A stretch of DNA of 64,000 nt, taken from contig JBBTWT010000003.1 of NCBI GenBank assembly GCA_038078615.1, positions 2,563 to 66,562 on the forward strand, read 5' to 3'. A program made the position numbers and the translations under genes. This DNA comes from Patescibacteria group bacterium (GTDB lineage Bacteria > Patescibacteriota > Minisyncoccia > Moranbacterales > UBA1568). This document shows positions 8,839-16,875 of this stretch, piece after piece. Under the pieces are notes generated by a model, which worked only from the letters and a program-made list of their open reading frames with translations, was not told the DNA's origin and did no database searches. Numbering within the stretch: the first letter of the stretch is position 1; each line of letters begins with the position of its first letter.

Positions 8839-9984
8839 TGCTTCATCAGCTTCGATCTTGTTTTTCTTGACGGAAAGACTGACACTTTCCTTGTCGAGGG
8901 TCTTGGCTGCCTCTGCCTCTTGGCGAGCCGGGGAGGGGAGGACGGCGAGGATGTTGCGGAGCGCGATGCCGTCCACCTTGAGCACGGACTCCCATTTGTC
9001 GAGCGGCTCGAGAATGGCACGAAGCCTTGCCTCATCGTATTTGTAGGTTTTGCGTAGTGATTTGCCGATAATGCCGTTGTTATCGAACACGCGATCCACG
9101 CCTTCCTGCTCCATATATTGGAGAATCAGCTCCTGGAGTTTCATGAGACGCAGTTTTTCTTCGCCCAGTTTTCCTTTGAGCTCGAGATATTCTCCGATCG
9201 CTTTTTTCACGTCATCAGTCTCGAGTTTTCGTGTGTCGGCGAATTTGTGTTTCCAGAGCGGGCAGATGTTCTGATACCCGCACCAATCGCAGAGAGGGGA
9301 GAGGATGGGGTCGAATTTCTCCTCCTCGATCGATCTGATGACATCGAGGAATGTTTTTTCCAGTGTCACCAGTTGTTCCTTGGTACGCGTGGAAGAAAGC
9401 TTGACGCCGTGTTTCAAGTAGTAGAGACTGACGGTGATTTTGTCGAGGCGATCGATTTCTTTCGGATAGCGGTCGAGGAATGCCTTGAGGTAGATGGAGA
9501 GCTGGATATCGTTATCAACTTTGTCCTGCGAGGGCATCTTGCGCGCCGTCTTGTAGTCGATGATCTCATAGCCGTCGGGAGTCTTGTCGATGCGGTCGAT
9601 GATGCCGGAAACGATATGCCGATTGTCCTCCGAACCTATTTCTATCGCGAAGCGGCTTTCCAGATCGATGATCGTGAAATCAGCCGGTTTGTTGTGCGCG
9701 TAATAATTCTGGAGTATCGTGACGCCTTGGGTGAATGCCGCGCGTTCTTCCATCTCGTTCTTCTCGTAGACTTCGCTGTTCCAGCCCTTGGAGAAATAAT
9801 CAAGCGCCTGCTCAAGAGAGGGGGCGAGTAGGGCGGGCGTATGGATGTATTTCATCACCGAGTGGATGAGCGTACCGAAAACCGCCTCTTTTGATTTTGG
9901 CTCTTTGATCCTGTCTATTTCCCGGAACTTGTATTTCAGGGGACAATTCTGATAGGTGTCGAGCGTGGAATATGATATGCGCAT
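8827..9984 (-). CDS. PD-(D/E)XK nuclease family protein (RecB/AddB/Cas4-like nuclease domain with Cys cluster)
   Basis: N-terminal STLDTYQNCPLKYKF. Core GIIDRIDKTPDGYEIIDYKT. C-terminal CDWCGYQNICPLW together with the N-terminal Cys gives a C...CxxCx5C pattern. Confidence 0.7.
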   Translation of the reverse strand: MRISYSTLDTYQNCPLKYKFREIDRIKEPKSKEAVFGTLIHSVMKYIHTPALLAPSLEQALDYFSKGWNSEVYEKNEMEERAAFTQGVTILQNYYAHNKPADFTIIDLESRFAIEIGSEDNRHIVSGIIDRIDKTPDGYEIIDYKTARKMPSQDKVDNDIQLSIYLKAFLDRYPKEIDRLDKITVSLYYLKHGVKLSSTRTKEQLVTLEKTFLDVIRSIEEEKFDPILSPLCDWCGYQNICPLWKHKFADTRKLETDDVKKAIGEYLELKGKLGEEKLRLMKLQELILQYMEQEGVDRVFDNNGIIGKSLRKTYKYDEARLRAILEPLDKWESVLKVDGIALRNILAVLPSPARQEAEAAKTLDKESVSLSVKKNKIEADEALSL

Positions 9985-10073
9985 ACGGGCGGAGTTTAGC
10001 TTTTTGACTGTAGTGTGATTGATAGCATTGTAGCAGAGACCATGCCATTTTCGCTACCTATGTGGTTCGCAAA

Positions 10074-10101
10074 ATTGACAGTAGGCTATTTTGTGATAAA
10101 A
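10074..10101 (+). promoter_or_regulatory. sigma70-like promoter for the GGDEF gene
   Basis: TTGACA (10074-10079), 16-nt spacer, TAAAAT (10096-10101). Confidence 0.45.
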
Positions 10102-10153
10102 TGGGTGATAAGTTATTTTTACAACTTTAATTCAACCACACAGGAGGTGTCCA

Positions 10154-10831
10154 TTGGACACGATTCACATCCTATTCATAGCAGTCATAATTAGTGGGGT
10201 GGTCTATATACGTCACCTCTTGCAAAAAACCCAGGGATTGGAAGAAGAAAAACAGGAGTTCGAGAGGGCGGCGCTGACGGACCACCTGACCAAGCTTCTG
10301 AATCGTCGGGGATTTGCAAAAGCACTCCAGCGGCAAATGAGTGTCATCCAACGGTATACGCGCGACAACGCTGTACCTTTCCGAACACCATACATGATTC
10401 TCATAGATCTTGACGGGTTCAAGAGTGTCAATGACATCTACGGGCACCAGAAAGGTGATCAAGTCCTGCTCGCAGTGGCGAACATTCTTAAGGACGTTTT
10501 TCACCGTGATACGGATATCGTCTGTAGGACGGGCGGGGATGAATTTCTGATTTTCCTTTCTGGCTCGACGCAAACACAGGCGATTGCATTGGCTGGACTC
10601 CTACAAAAGAAAATCACGAATGAAAAACAGCTCCATTTTGCTACCAAGCACTCCATAACGGCGAGCATCGGAGTTGCCCTCGTCGACATCCACCAAGATA
10701 CAAAGACGGATGCAATGGATAGCGTATGTGAGACGGCCAAAGTGCGAGCGGATCAGGCAATGTATCGGTCCAAGGAACGCGGCAGGAACGTTGTCACCAT
10801 CATCATCGGAGATACATTCCGACAGGTTTAG
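10154..10831 (+). CDS. diguanylate cyclase (GGDEF domain) with N-terminal TM anchor
   Basis: TTG start after AGGAGG. Motifs DHLTKLLNRRGF, DLDGFKSVND, intact GGDEF (CRTGGDEFLIF) and an RxxD I-site (RDTD) five residues upstream. Confidence 0.85.
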   Translation: MDTIHILFIAVIISGVVYIRHLLQKTQGLEEEKQEFERAALTDHLTKLLNRRGFAKALQRQMSVIQRYTRDNAVPFRTPYMILIDLDGFKSVNDIYGHQKGDQVLLAVANILKDVFHRDTDIVCRTGGDEFLIFLSGSTQTQAIALAGLLQKKITNEKQLHFATKHSITASIGVALVDIHQDTKTDAMDSVCETAKVRADQAMYRSKERGRNVVTIIIGDTFRQV

Positions 10832-10861
10832 AGATGTCTGCTTGGAGGGGGAAACTTTTTT

Positions 10862-10905
10862 AAACCAGAGATTTTGCAGAAGTAATGCAACTCTGGTTTT
10901 TTATT
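10862..10905 (+). terminator. rho-independent terminator after the GGDEF gene
   Basis: AAACCAGAG ... CTCTGGTTT with an inner TGCA/TGCA stem, followed by TTTTTATTT. Confidence 0.7.
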
Positions 10906-11349
10906 TCCAAATTTTTTCCTCTCGCTGATGAAATATCGAAGGTGGACTGGGGGAAAGCATGGAAAATGATAAAAAGGAAATTTCATCCACAGTCCATTTT
11001 TCAAACCATTTCTTTCTATGCAACGTCGTACTATGTAACTTATGCGACATTGCAATAATATGAATAAGGCTTGTAATGCGGATGGGCCGTTACAATGCTT
11101 CAAATACTTCTCCAAATGGCTTCGTACAATGCGTTCTCAGGCCTTTGGATATTTTTCGGGTACATCTATGTATCCCATCGTACGATGATTTCCCCTTCGC
11201 TTGCGGCTGTCTACTATGAGTATGTAAATATGATCGCTTGCGGTTATGTATTTTCCGGTTTATTTCTTGATTTTTCATTTCATCGGACTCCCCTGATTTT
11301 CGTGAATATGGCTGGGGGAGTCCGAGATAAAAAATTTGAGGAAAAATAT

Positions 11350-12123
11350 CTACTTCGTTTGCAGGAACTTCCCGATCTTTTTCCAGTAAAATTTGTGTGA
11401 CATATATGCGAAACTACGATGTCCACCTTTCGGTTTCAGGTAATACGTGGCGCCGGTTTTTTGTGCGAATGGAATGACAGGTTCATATGGTACGTTGGTA
11501 TCATCTTTGCTATGAATGATGAATACTTTCCTGCCATCAATCTTTGCCGTATGAGCTATCGGATTATAGAAATCAGTCTTGATAAGCTTCTGCCAGTCTT
11601 TGATATGTCTGGGACGGAAAGCGCCCCCGAATCCTTCGCGGGAATACCGGACAAAAAAATCAAACGGTTCGTCTTTCCCCTCCACGCTCCAATCCAATAC
11701 CGGTGATAAGGCAACCACTTTTTTCACGATCGGGAGATCGGTATTGAGGAGCACGGCCGGTCCGCCGAATGATCCGCCGAACAGGTGTACAACAGAAACT
11801 CGCACGGGTTCTTTCTCATTCGTTGCGAGATTATAAATAGATTTTTTCTTGACGAGATCAATGATCACATCCTCGATATCCTTGGCTGGAGAGTGTTCCA
11901 GGAAATTCCCCTCACTCTCCCAGGTACCGCGATAGCGAGGAAAAATAGCCACGTATCCTTGTGCTGCAAGAAATTGCAGGGTTTCCTTTTTGACCGGCGA
12001 GGAAGGGAGTCCGCTGGCGATGATCGCGATCTTCCCCGTCTGCCTTTCCGGAAACATGACTTCCGCAACGATATCGTTTGCGAAGCGCGTACGGAAAATA
12101 TTCTGGTGCCGTGATTTCCTCAT
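11350..12123 (-). CDS. alpha/beta hydrolase (dienelactone hydrolase / S9-like fold)
   Basis: Nucleophile elbow HLFGGSFGG. Later IIHSKDD and KGGH are consistent with a Ser-Asp-His triad. Confidence 0.65.
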   Translation of the reverse strand: MRKSRHQNIFRTRFANDIVAEVMFPERQTGKIAIIASGLPSSPVKKETLQFLAAQGYVAIFPRYRGTWESEGNFLEHSPAKDIEDVIIDLVKKKSIYNLATNEKEPVRVSVVHLFGGSFGGPAVLLNTDLPIVKKVVALSPVLDWSVEGKDEPFDFFVRYSREGFGGAFRPRHIKDWQKLIKTDFYNPIAHTAKIDGRKVFIIHSKDDTNVPYEPVIPFAQKTGATYYLKPKGGHRSFAYMSHKFYWKKIGKFLQTK

Positions 12124-12134
12124 ACCATTACGAG

Positions 12135-12157
12135 ATTTGGAAGCCTTGCTTCCAAAT
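12135..12157. repeat. intercistronic hairpin, copy 1 (ATTTGGAAGC-CTT-GCTTCCAAAT)
   Basis: 10-bp stem. The 23-nt string TTTGGAAGCCTTGCTTCCAAATG (12136-12158) recurs exactly at 62259-62281. Confidence 0.8.
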
Positions 12158-12173
12158 GATGATAGTTACCGAT

Positions 12174-13442
12174 TTATGGCAGATAGACGGACGGATTGAC
12201 AGTGGCGCCGATGGGAATCAGGAGTCCTTTGACCGTCTTGGACTGAACCAATTCATAGGAATTTGCCGAGAAAACCGTAAAATGCACGTGTGAACCGGTC
12301 GAGTAGCCGGTGCTTCCTACAGCGCCGATCTTCTCTCCCTGATCGACTTTCTCTCCGCGGCTTACGGAAATCGAACTCATGTGTCCATACAGAGTGATCA
12401 TACCATTACCGTGATCGATAGCCACCCACTTGCCATAGGCGTATCTGCCGAGGTTGCCGGTGCCGATGACTTTGCCGCTGCCAGCCGCGTAGAGAGCCGT
12501 ACCGCTCGGTGCGGCGAAATCGATACCATTATGTTTGCCTGATTTATAAGCTCTTTTGGAAAAACTCGTTTTGCCGTAGCCCTGACTGATGGTGAATTTT
12601 TTCAGTGGGTATGCCAGTAACCCTTTTTTAAATGAGGGCATACCGGAGATCTGTCCGACTTTCCCCGCCTCCAATTCCTCGATCTCGCTCTCGATCTCTT
12701 CGCGCTGTCGCTGCAGATCGTCGACGAGATTGTCATATTTTTTCACTTCCGCCTGCGTTTTCGAGAGAAGGTAGGCCTTGTTGTCCTTGGTGCTTTCGAG
12801 ATAGTCGTTGCGCTCGGTGAGTTGCATCTGGAGCGCGTCAATCTCCTGCTTTTTTGCTTCGAGTGCCGAGCGCTCCCCTGCCAGGCTTTCGCGGAGCGTC
12901 TTGACCGAATCGAGCAGATCGCTGATTTTTCCGTTCACTTCCGTCGTCCAGTTTTCCTGATTCAGGTATGCAAGTGTTTCATCGGAGGAAAAAATCAGCG
13001 TGGCCGCGCCGCCGGAATAATCATCATAATATGAGCGCATCAGTTCCGAAAGTATCTGCCGCTGGCGGCCGATGAGAGATTCCTTTTCTGTGATGCGTGA
13101 GGAAAGGGATGTTATGTCTCCTTCCAGATCATCGACTTTCTGCTTGTTGAGACTTATCTCGAGCTCCAGTTTATCTGCCTGGGCTTGGAGGGATTGGATC
13201 TGGTCGGCGAGCGTCGATCCCTGGCGTTGCTTGAGATTGATGATCTGATTGTAAGCCTTTATTTTCGCGTTGATAGCATCAAGCTGATCCTGTTTATTGT
13301 CGAGTGCTTTTTTCGCTTCTTTGCTGAGTTCCGTAACCTGTGCGTTCACAAAAGAAGCCACAACAACACCAACGCAGAAAAAAACTGCCAAGAATAATCG
13401 TATCGTATATTTTTTATTTTGTCTTCTCATGGTACCTTTCAT
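12174..13442 (-). CDS. M23 family metallopeptidase with N-terminal coiled-coil (EnvC-like)
   Basis: Signal/TM, then a long coiled-coil. M23 motifs HNGIDFAAPSGT and GSTGYSTGSHVHF. Confidence 0.85.
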   Translation of the reverse strand: MKGTMRRQNKKYTIRLFLAVFFCVGVVVASFVNAQVTELSKEAKKALDNKQDQLDAINAKIKAYNQIINLKQRQGSTLADQIQSLQAQADKLELEISLNKQKVDDLEGDITSLSSRITEKESLIGRQRQILSELMRSYYDDYSGGAATLIFSSDETLAYLNQENWTTEVNGKISDLLDSVKTLRESLAGERSALEAKKQEIDALQMQLTERNDYLESTKDNKAYLLSKTQAEVKKYDNLVDDLQRQREEIESEIEELEAGKVGQISGMPSFKKGLLAYPLKKFTISQGYGKTSFSKRAYKSGKHNGIDFAAPSGTALYAAGSGKVIGTGNLGRYAYGKWVAIDHGNGMITLYGHMSSISVSRGEKVDQGEKIGAVGSTGYSTGSHVHFTVFSANSYELVQSKTVKGLLIPIGATVNPSVYLP

Positions 13443-13450
13443 TATACCAT

Positions 13451-13477
13451 AAGAAAAAAAGCCTTATGTAAGGCTTT
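13451..13477 (-). terminator. rho-independent terminator of gltX (overlaps its stop codon)
   Basis: Minus RNA AAAGCCUUA-CA-UAAGGCUUU followed by UUUUUUU. Confidence 0.7.
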
Positions 13478-15080
13478 GGATAGCGGTTTTTATGCGTTTC
13501 AGACTCCGGTCTTTCCCCAAAACCCAAGCGACCTCGAAAGGCGAAGGTGAGCGCTGTGCTCCCGTGAGGGCGACACGCAAAGGCCAAAGGAAATCTCCCC
13601 TGCCTTTTCCCGCCTCAATGCCGCCCAGACTTTGGGCATGATCCTCTGCCGCCTCCATGAGGATTTTTTCGATACCCTCCTTGCTTTCCCATGTCGTATC
13701 ACCGAGAGCGATCAGGAGAGCCTGTGCTTTGACAAGAGCATCAAGCGTCATCGCTTTGGTATTCTGTTTCCAGACAAGAAGCGCGGGATCATAAGAAATC
13801 TCATCGGCGAAGAAGAATGGGTTGTTCTCGCCGACATCCGAGAGTTTCATGAGACGATCTTGCTCGACAACAAGCACGCGCTTCAGGTATGCTTCCGTCT
13901 GCATTTCCTGCGGTGTATTTCTGATCGCATCTTTTTCAAGAAAACCACCTGACTTGATTCTCCTATAAAGCTCGTCGATCGGAAGCTTTTTGATATATTC
14001 GGCGTTCATCCAATCCAGTTTTTTCAGATCGAACACGGCGCCGGACTTGTGGACATTTGCAAGATCGAATGTCTGTATCAATTCGTCAAGTGAGAAAATC
14101 TCCTGCGTGCTGCCGGCTCCGGGATTCCAGCCGAGCAGTGCCACGAAATTAATCAGTGCCTCTTTCAGATAGCCTTTCTTCAGATAGTCTTCGACAGCGA
14201 CGTCACCCTGACGTTTGGAAAGTTTGCTTTTGTCCGGATTGAGAAGGAGCGGGATATGGGCGAACTGCGGCATCTCCCAGGCGAACGCTTCATAGAGCAG
14301 GATATGTTTGGGCGTGCTGGAGAGCCACTCTTCGGCGCGGATGACGTGTGTGATCTGCATCAGGTGATCATCGACGACGTTCGCCAGATGATACGTCGGA
14401 AAACCATCCGACTTCATCAGCACCTGATCATCGATGTCTTGGACATTGATTTTCACTTGTCCTCGTACCATATCATCGAACGCCACATCGCCCCTCTCGG
14501 ACGGAATATTGAGACGGAGAACGTGCGGTTCGCCGGCTGTCAGTCTCTTCATCACTTCGTCAGGTGCGAGCGCGAGGCAATGTTTGTCGTATTTCGGCGC
14601 CTGCTTGTTGCGAGCTTGTTCCTCACGTACCGACGTCAGTCGTTCAGCCGTACAAAAACAATGATAGGCTTTGCCGCTTGTTACCAGTTCATCGGCATAC
14701 TTCTTGTAAATATCGAGACGCTCTGATTGGATATATGGCCCAGAGTTACCAATTTCAATGACATCAGGATAATTCTTTGACTCTTTGGTTTCTTTCTCTT
14801 GATTCGTGATTCCTCCCGCCTGCCGGACGGGCAGGGATTCCTGATTCTTCTTCAAAAAAACGCCTTCATCAGGGATCAGCCCTGTCTCATTGAGGCTTGT
14901 GACAAGACTCTCGATTGTTCCCGGGACAAAACGTTTCTGATCCGTATCTTCGATGCGCAGGATGAACGTGCCGCCGTTTTTCTTGGCGAAGAGATAGTTA
15001 TAGAGCGCGGTGCGCAGACCGCCGACATGGAGGTACCCCGTCGGTGATGGCGCGAAGCGGAGCCGAATATTATTTTTCAT
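13464..15080 (-). CDS. gltX: glutamate--tRNA ligase
   Basis: HIGH-type APSPTGYLHVGG, RIEDTD, KLSKR. Carries a ~30-codon insertion (see repeat at 14769-14858). Confidence 0.95.
   Translation of the reverse strand: MKNNIRLRFAPSPTGYLHVGGLRTALYNYLFAKKNGGTFILRIEDTDQKRFVPGTIESLVTSLNETGLIPDEGVFLKKNQESLPVRQAGGITNQEKETKESKNYPDVIEIGNSGPYIQSERLDIYKKYADELVTSGKAYHCFCTAERLTSVREEQARNKQAPKYDKHCLALAPDEVMKRLTAGEPHVLRLNIPSERGDVAFDDMVRGQVKINVQDIDDQVLMKSDGFPTYHLANVVDDHLMQITHVIRAEEWLSSTPKHILLYEAFAWEMPQFAHIPLLLNPDKSKLSKRQGDVAVEDYLKKGYLKEALINFVALLGWNPGAGSTQEIFSLDELIQTFDLANVHKSGAVFDLKKLDWMNAEYIKKLPIDELYRRIKSGGFLEKDAIRNTPQEMQTEAYLKRVLVVEQDRLMKLSDVGENNPFFFADEISYDPALLVWKQNTKAMTLDALVKAQALLIALGDTTWESKEGIEKILMEAAEDHAQSLGGIEAGKGRGDFLWPLRVALTGAQRSPSPFEVAWVLGKDRSLKRIKTAIQSLT
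14769..14858 (-). repeat. in-frame insertion in gltX: GC hairpin plus heptamer-phased A-rich tract
   Basis: Encodes FLKKNQESLPVRQAGGITNQEKETKESKNY between the conserved DEG and GPYxQSER blocks. Canonical GluRS sequences as I recall them (e.g. Thermus) have only about 7 residues there. Contains hairpin CCTGCC-GGACG-GGCAGG (14819-14835). Confidence 0.6.
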
Positions 15081-15139
15081 ACTAGTACGTCACTGAATGA
15101 CATCCTCATTATGCCTTTTTCTAAGCCAAAAGACAAGGA

Positions 15140-15168
15140 TTGACAAAATCATCAGAAAGGTGTATACT
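15140..15168 (+). promoter_or_regulatory. strong sigma70-like promoter with no downstream plus-strand CDS
   Basis: TTGACA (15140-15145), 17-nt spacer, TATACT (15163-15168). Confidence 0.45.
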
Positions 15169-15174
15169 GTACGG

Positions 15175-15337
15175 TTGCATAAAATAGCAACAGTGGAGGG
15201 AAACATGAGTCGATGACATAAATTAGGAGCAGGGTTTCGCGCAACCCGTGGTTGAGACTCCTGGGGTGTCCCAAAGGTCACAAAAAGACCAACTCAACCG
15301 ACTGCCGCCCCGATAGACTCTTATCTGGGCGGCTTTA
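15175..15337 (+). ncRNA. candidate small RNA (unknown family)
   Basis: Bounded by the promoter above and by a hairpin GCCGCCCCGATA-GACTCT-TATCTGGGCGGC + TTT (15304-15336). Interior has nested stems GGGTT/AACCC, GGTTGAG/CTCAACC, TGGG/CCCA and GGTC/GACC. Confidence 0.25.
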
Positions 15338-16034
15338 CATTGCCTATGATCTTCAGTGGGAAAACGATTGTGGCGTTCCAGATTCTTCGCCACCTTTTCG
15401 GCTGGAGGATGAGGCGCCAGAGCCATTCGAGGCCAAGAGTGCGGAGCAGCTTCGGGGCGCGCTTCTGTCTGCCAGTGAGATAGTCGAGACTGCCGCCGAC
15501 ACCCATCGCGAGCCTGATGCCATCCTGATCCTTGAGGCCATCGAGAAAGATTTCCTGTTCCGGAGCGCCGAAGTTGCACAGAACGAGCTTGTAGCTTGTA
15601 GCTTGTAGCTTGTAGCTTTCTGAATACTTTGGATCTATATCAGCACCGTCGATAATAAGACGAGAATATTCTTTTTGTAGTACTGCTTTTATTTCTTCGT
15701 ACGAACTCAAACCGTCTTTTCGGATAGCGAGATAGACACCGAGATTATTTTTCTCAGCAATGTGCAGGACTTCATCTATCAGATCGGCACCAGGAAAGCG
15801 GTGAATGAATTTTCCTTGAAATAGTCCGGCGAGCACGATACCGAAACCATCAGCGATACGGAGATCCGCATCGAGCAGAGCTCGGCGGAAAGCCCCATCT
15901 TTTTCTGCTCGGAGCAGAAATTCCGGATTGACCGTCGCGATCCGATGAAACCGCGATTCTTCCAAAAATTCCCGAATGCGGCTTATAATATCCTCACGAG
16001 AAAGATCATCGATCTCTATTCCGAAAATTTTCAT
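15321..16034 (-). CDS. WecG/TagA/CpsF family glycosyltransferase
   Basis: MKIFGIEIDD..., NPEFLL, GAPEQE, and the C-terminal LEWLWRLILQPKRWRR motif typical of the family. ATG at 16034; an upstream TTG at 16046 is an alternative. Confidence 0.85.
   Translation of the reverse strand: MKIFGIEIDDLSREDIISRIREFLEESRFHRIATVNPEFLLRAEKDGAFRRALLDADLRIADGFGIVLAGLFQGKFIHRFPGADLIDEVLHIAEKNNLGVYLAIRKDGLSSYEEIKAVLQKEYSRLIIDGADIDPKYSESYKLQATSYKLVLCNFGAPEQEIFLDGLKDQDGIRLAMGVGGSLDYLTGRQKRAPKLLRTLGLEWLWRLILQPKRWRRIWNATIVFPLKIIGNVKPPR
15586..15618. repeat. heptanucleotide tandem repeat (AGCTTGT) x4.7 inside the TagA-like CDS
   Basis: Direct reading. Encodes SYKLQAT-SYKL on the minus strand. Confidence 0.95.
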
Positions 16035-16037
16035 CCC

Positions 16038-16065
16038 AGTTACCAATTACGGATTACCGGTTACT
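16038..16065. repeat. heptamer-phased tract AGTTACC AATTACG GATTACC GGTTACT at the thpR stop / TagA-like start junction
   Basis: Direct reading. Spans the spacer 16035-16060 plus the thpR stop codon. Confidence 0.7.
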
Positions 16066-16609
16066 GTAGCGGGAACGCATCGATCTCTACGTAGCGGCGC
16101 TTGCCGTCGAGCGAGAGGCTCTCGAACACGGCGACCGTATCCACCGGCTCGATGACGGAGAGCGCTTCTTTCAGTTTCGGTTTCTCTCCGAGCTTCAGCC
16201 ACTTGGATTTCTTGATTTTCGCCAGCGTCACGTGGGGACGATAGACTTTCTTTTCCGTGATGAATGAGGAGAATTCCTTCTCTATCGCTTCGATGAGCCT
16301 GCGGAGATCGTCATTCGCTTCGCCGGCAAGCCAGATCATTTTCGGCGATTCCTCATTATCCGCGAATCGCATGCCGTTAAATACGAGCTCGAAAGACTCG
16401 ATACGTTTGCACACCTCCCCTACTTTGGCGCACATTTCCGGTATCTGCTCCTCCTGGACGAATCCCAGGAAAAACAGCGTCACGTGCAGATTTTCTTCCG
16501 CAGTACGAAGCACGGCCTCCTTGGGCCAGCCTTGCATTTCCTGTGTCAACCGCTTGCGCAGTGGCGCGGAAAGCGGGATACCGACGAAGAGTCTCCGTGT
16601 CTTGTTCAT
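16061..16609 (-). CDS. thpR: RNA 2',3'-cyclic phosphodiesterase (2H phosphoesterase, LigT/ThpR)
   Basis: Two H-x-T motifs (HVTLFFLG and HVTLAKI) with appropriate spacing. 182 aa. Confidence 0.85.
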   Translation of the reverse strand: MNKTRRLFVGIPLSAPLRKRLTQEMQGWPKEAVLRTAEENLHVTLFFLGFVQEEQIPEMCAKVGEVCKRIESFELVFNGMRFADNEESPKMIWLAGEANDDLRRLIEAIEKEFSSFITEKKVYRPHVTLAKIKKSKWLKLGEKPKLKEALSVIEPVDTVAVFESLSLDGKRRYVEIDAFPLQ

Positions 16610-16654
16610 AGGGCTAGTCTAGCTTGAATGAGCCAAAAAATCAACCTTTGACCG

Positions 16655-16835
16655 CTTTCCATGAAACTTCCATTTTCTTCCCATGCCCTCCGCCGAACAT
16701 ACTCGACGGAAGTCGCCGAGGAAAGCGCTGTCCGGCTAACTAAGCCACGCGTCACGCGCATTTCCTAGCGGCACTTCCGCCGCCTATGTGACCGGCGTAG
16801 GCCAAAAGGAAAGAAAATGGAAGTTTCAGGGAAAA
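16655..16835. repeat. ~180-nt imperfect foldback (rod-like hairpin) in the thpR-priA divergent spacer
   Basis: Outer arms TTTCCATGAAACTTCCATTTTCTT (16655-16678) and AAGAAAATGGAAGTTTCAGGGAAA (16811-16834) pair over 24 bp with one mismatch. Inner GC-rich arms remain partly complementary (CGCCG, CGGAAGT, GCCG, AGG, GCGC) down to an apical GGCT-AACTA-AGCC hairpin. Confidence 0.8.
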
Positions 16836-16875
16836 TCTACGAAAAATAAATCCGCTTCTATGTTAGAATGGATAT

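Noticed and set aside
10828-11400. ORFs 10828-11115 (-), 11090-11278 (-) and 11095-11400 (+).
   Set aside because: They mutually overlap, have odd composition, lack ribosome-binding sites, and one runs into the 3' end of the hydrolase gene. They are reported as an unexplained gap instead.
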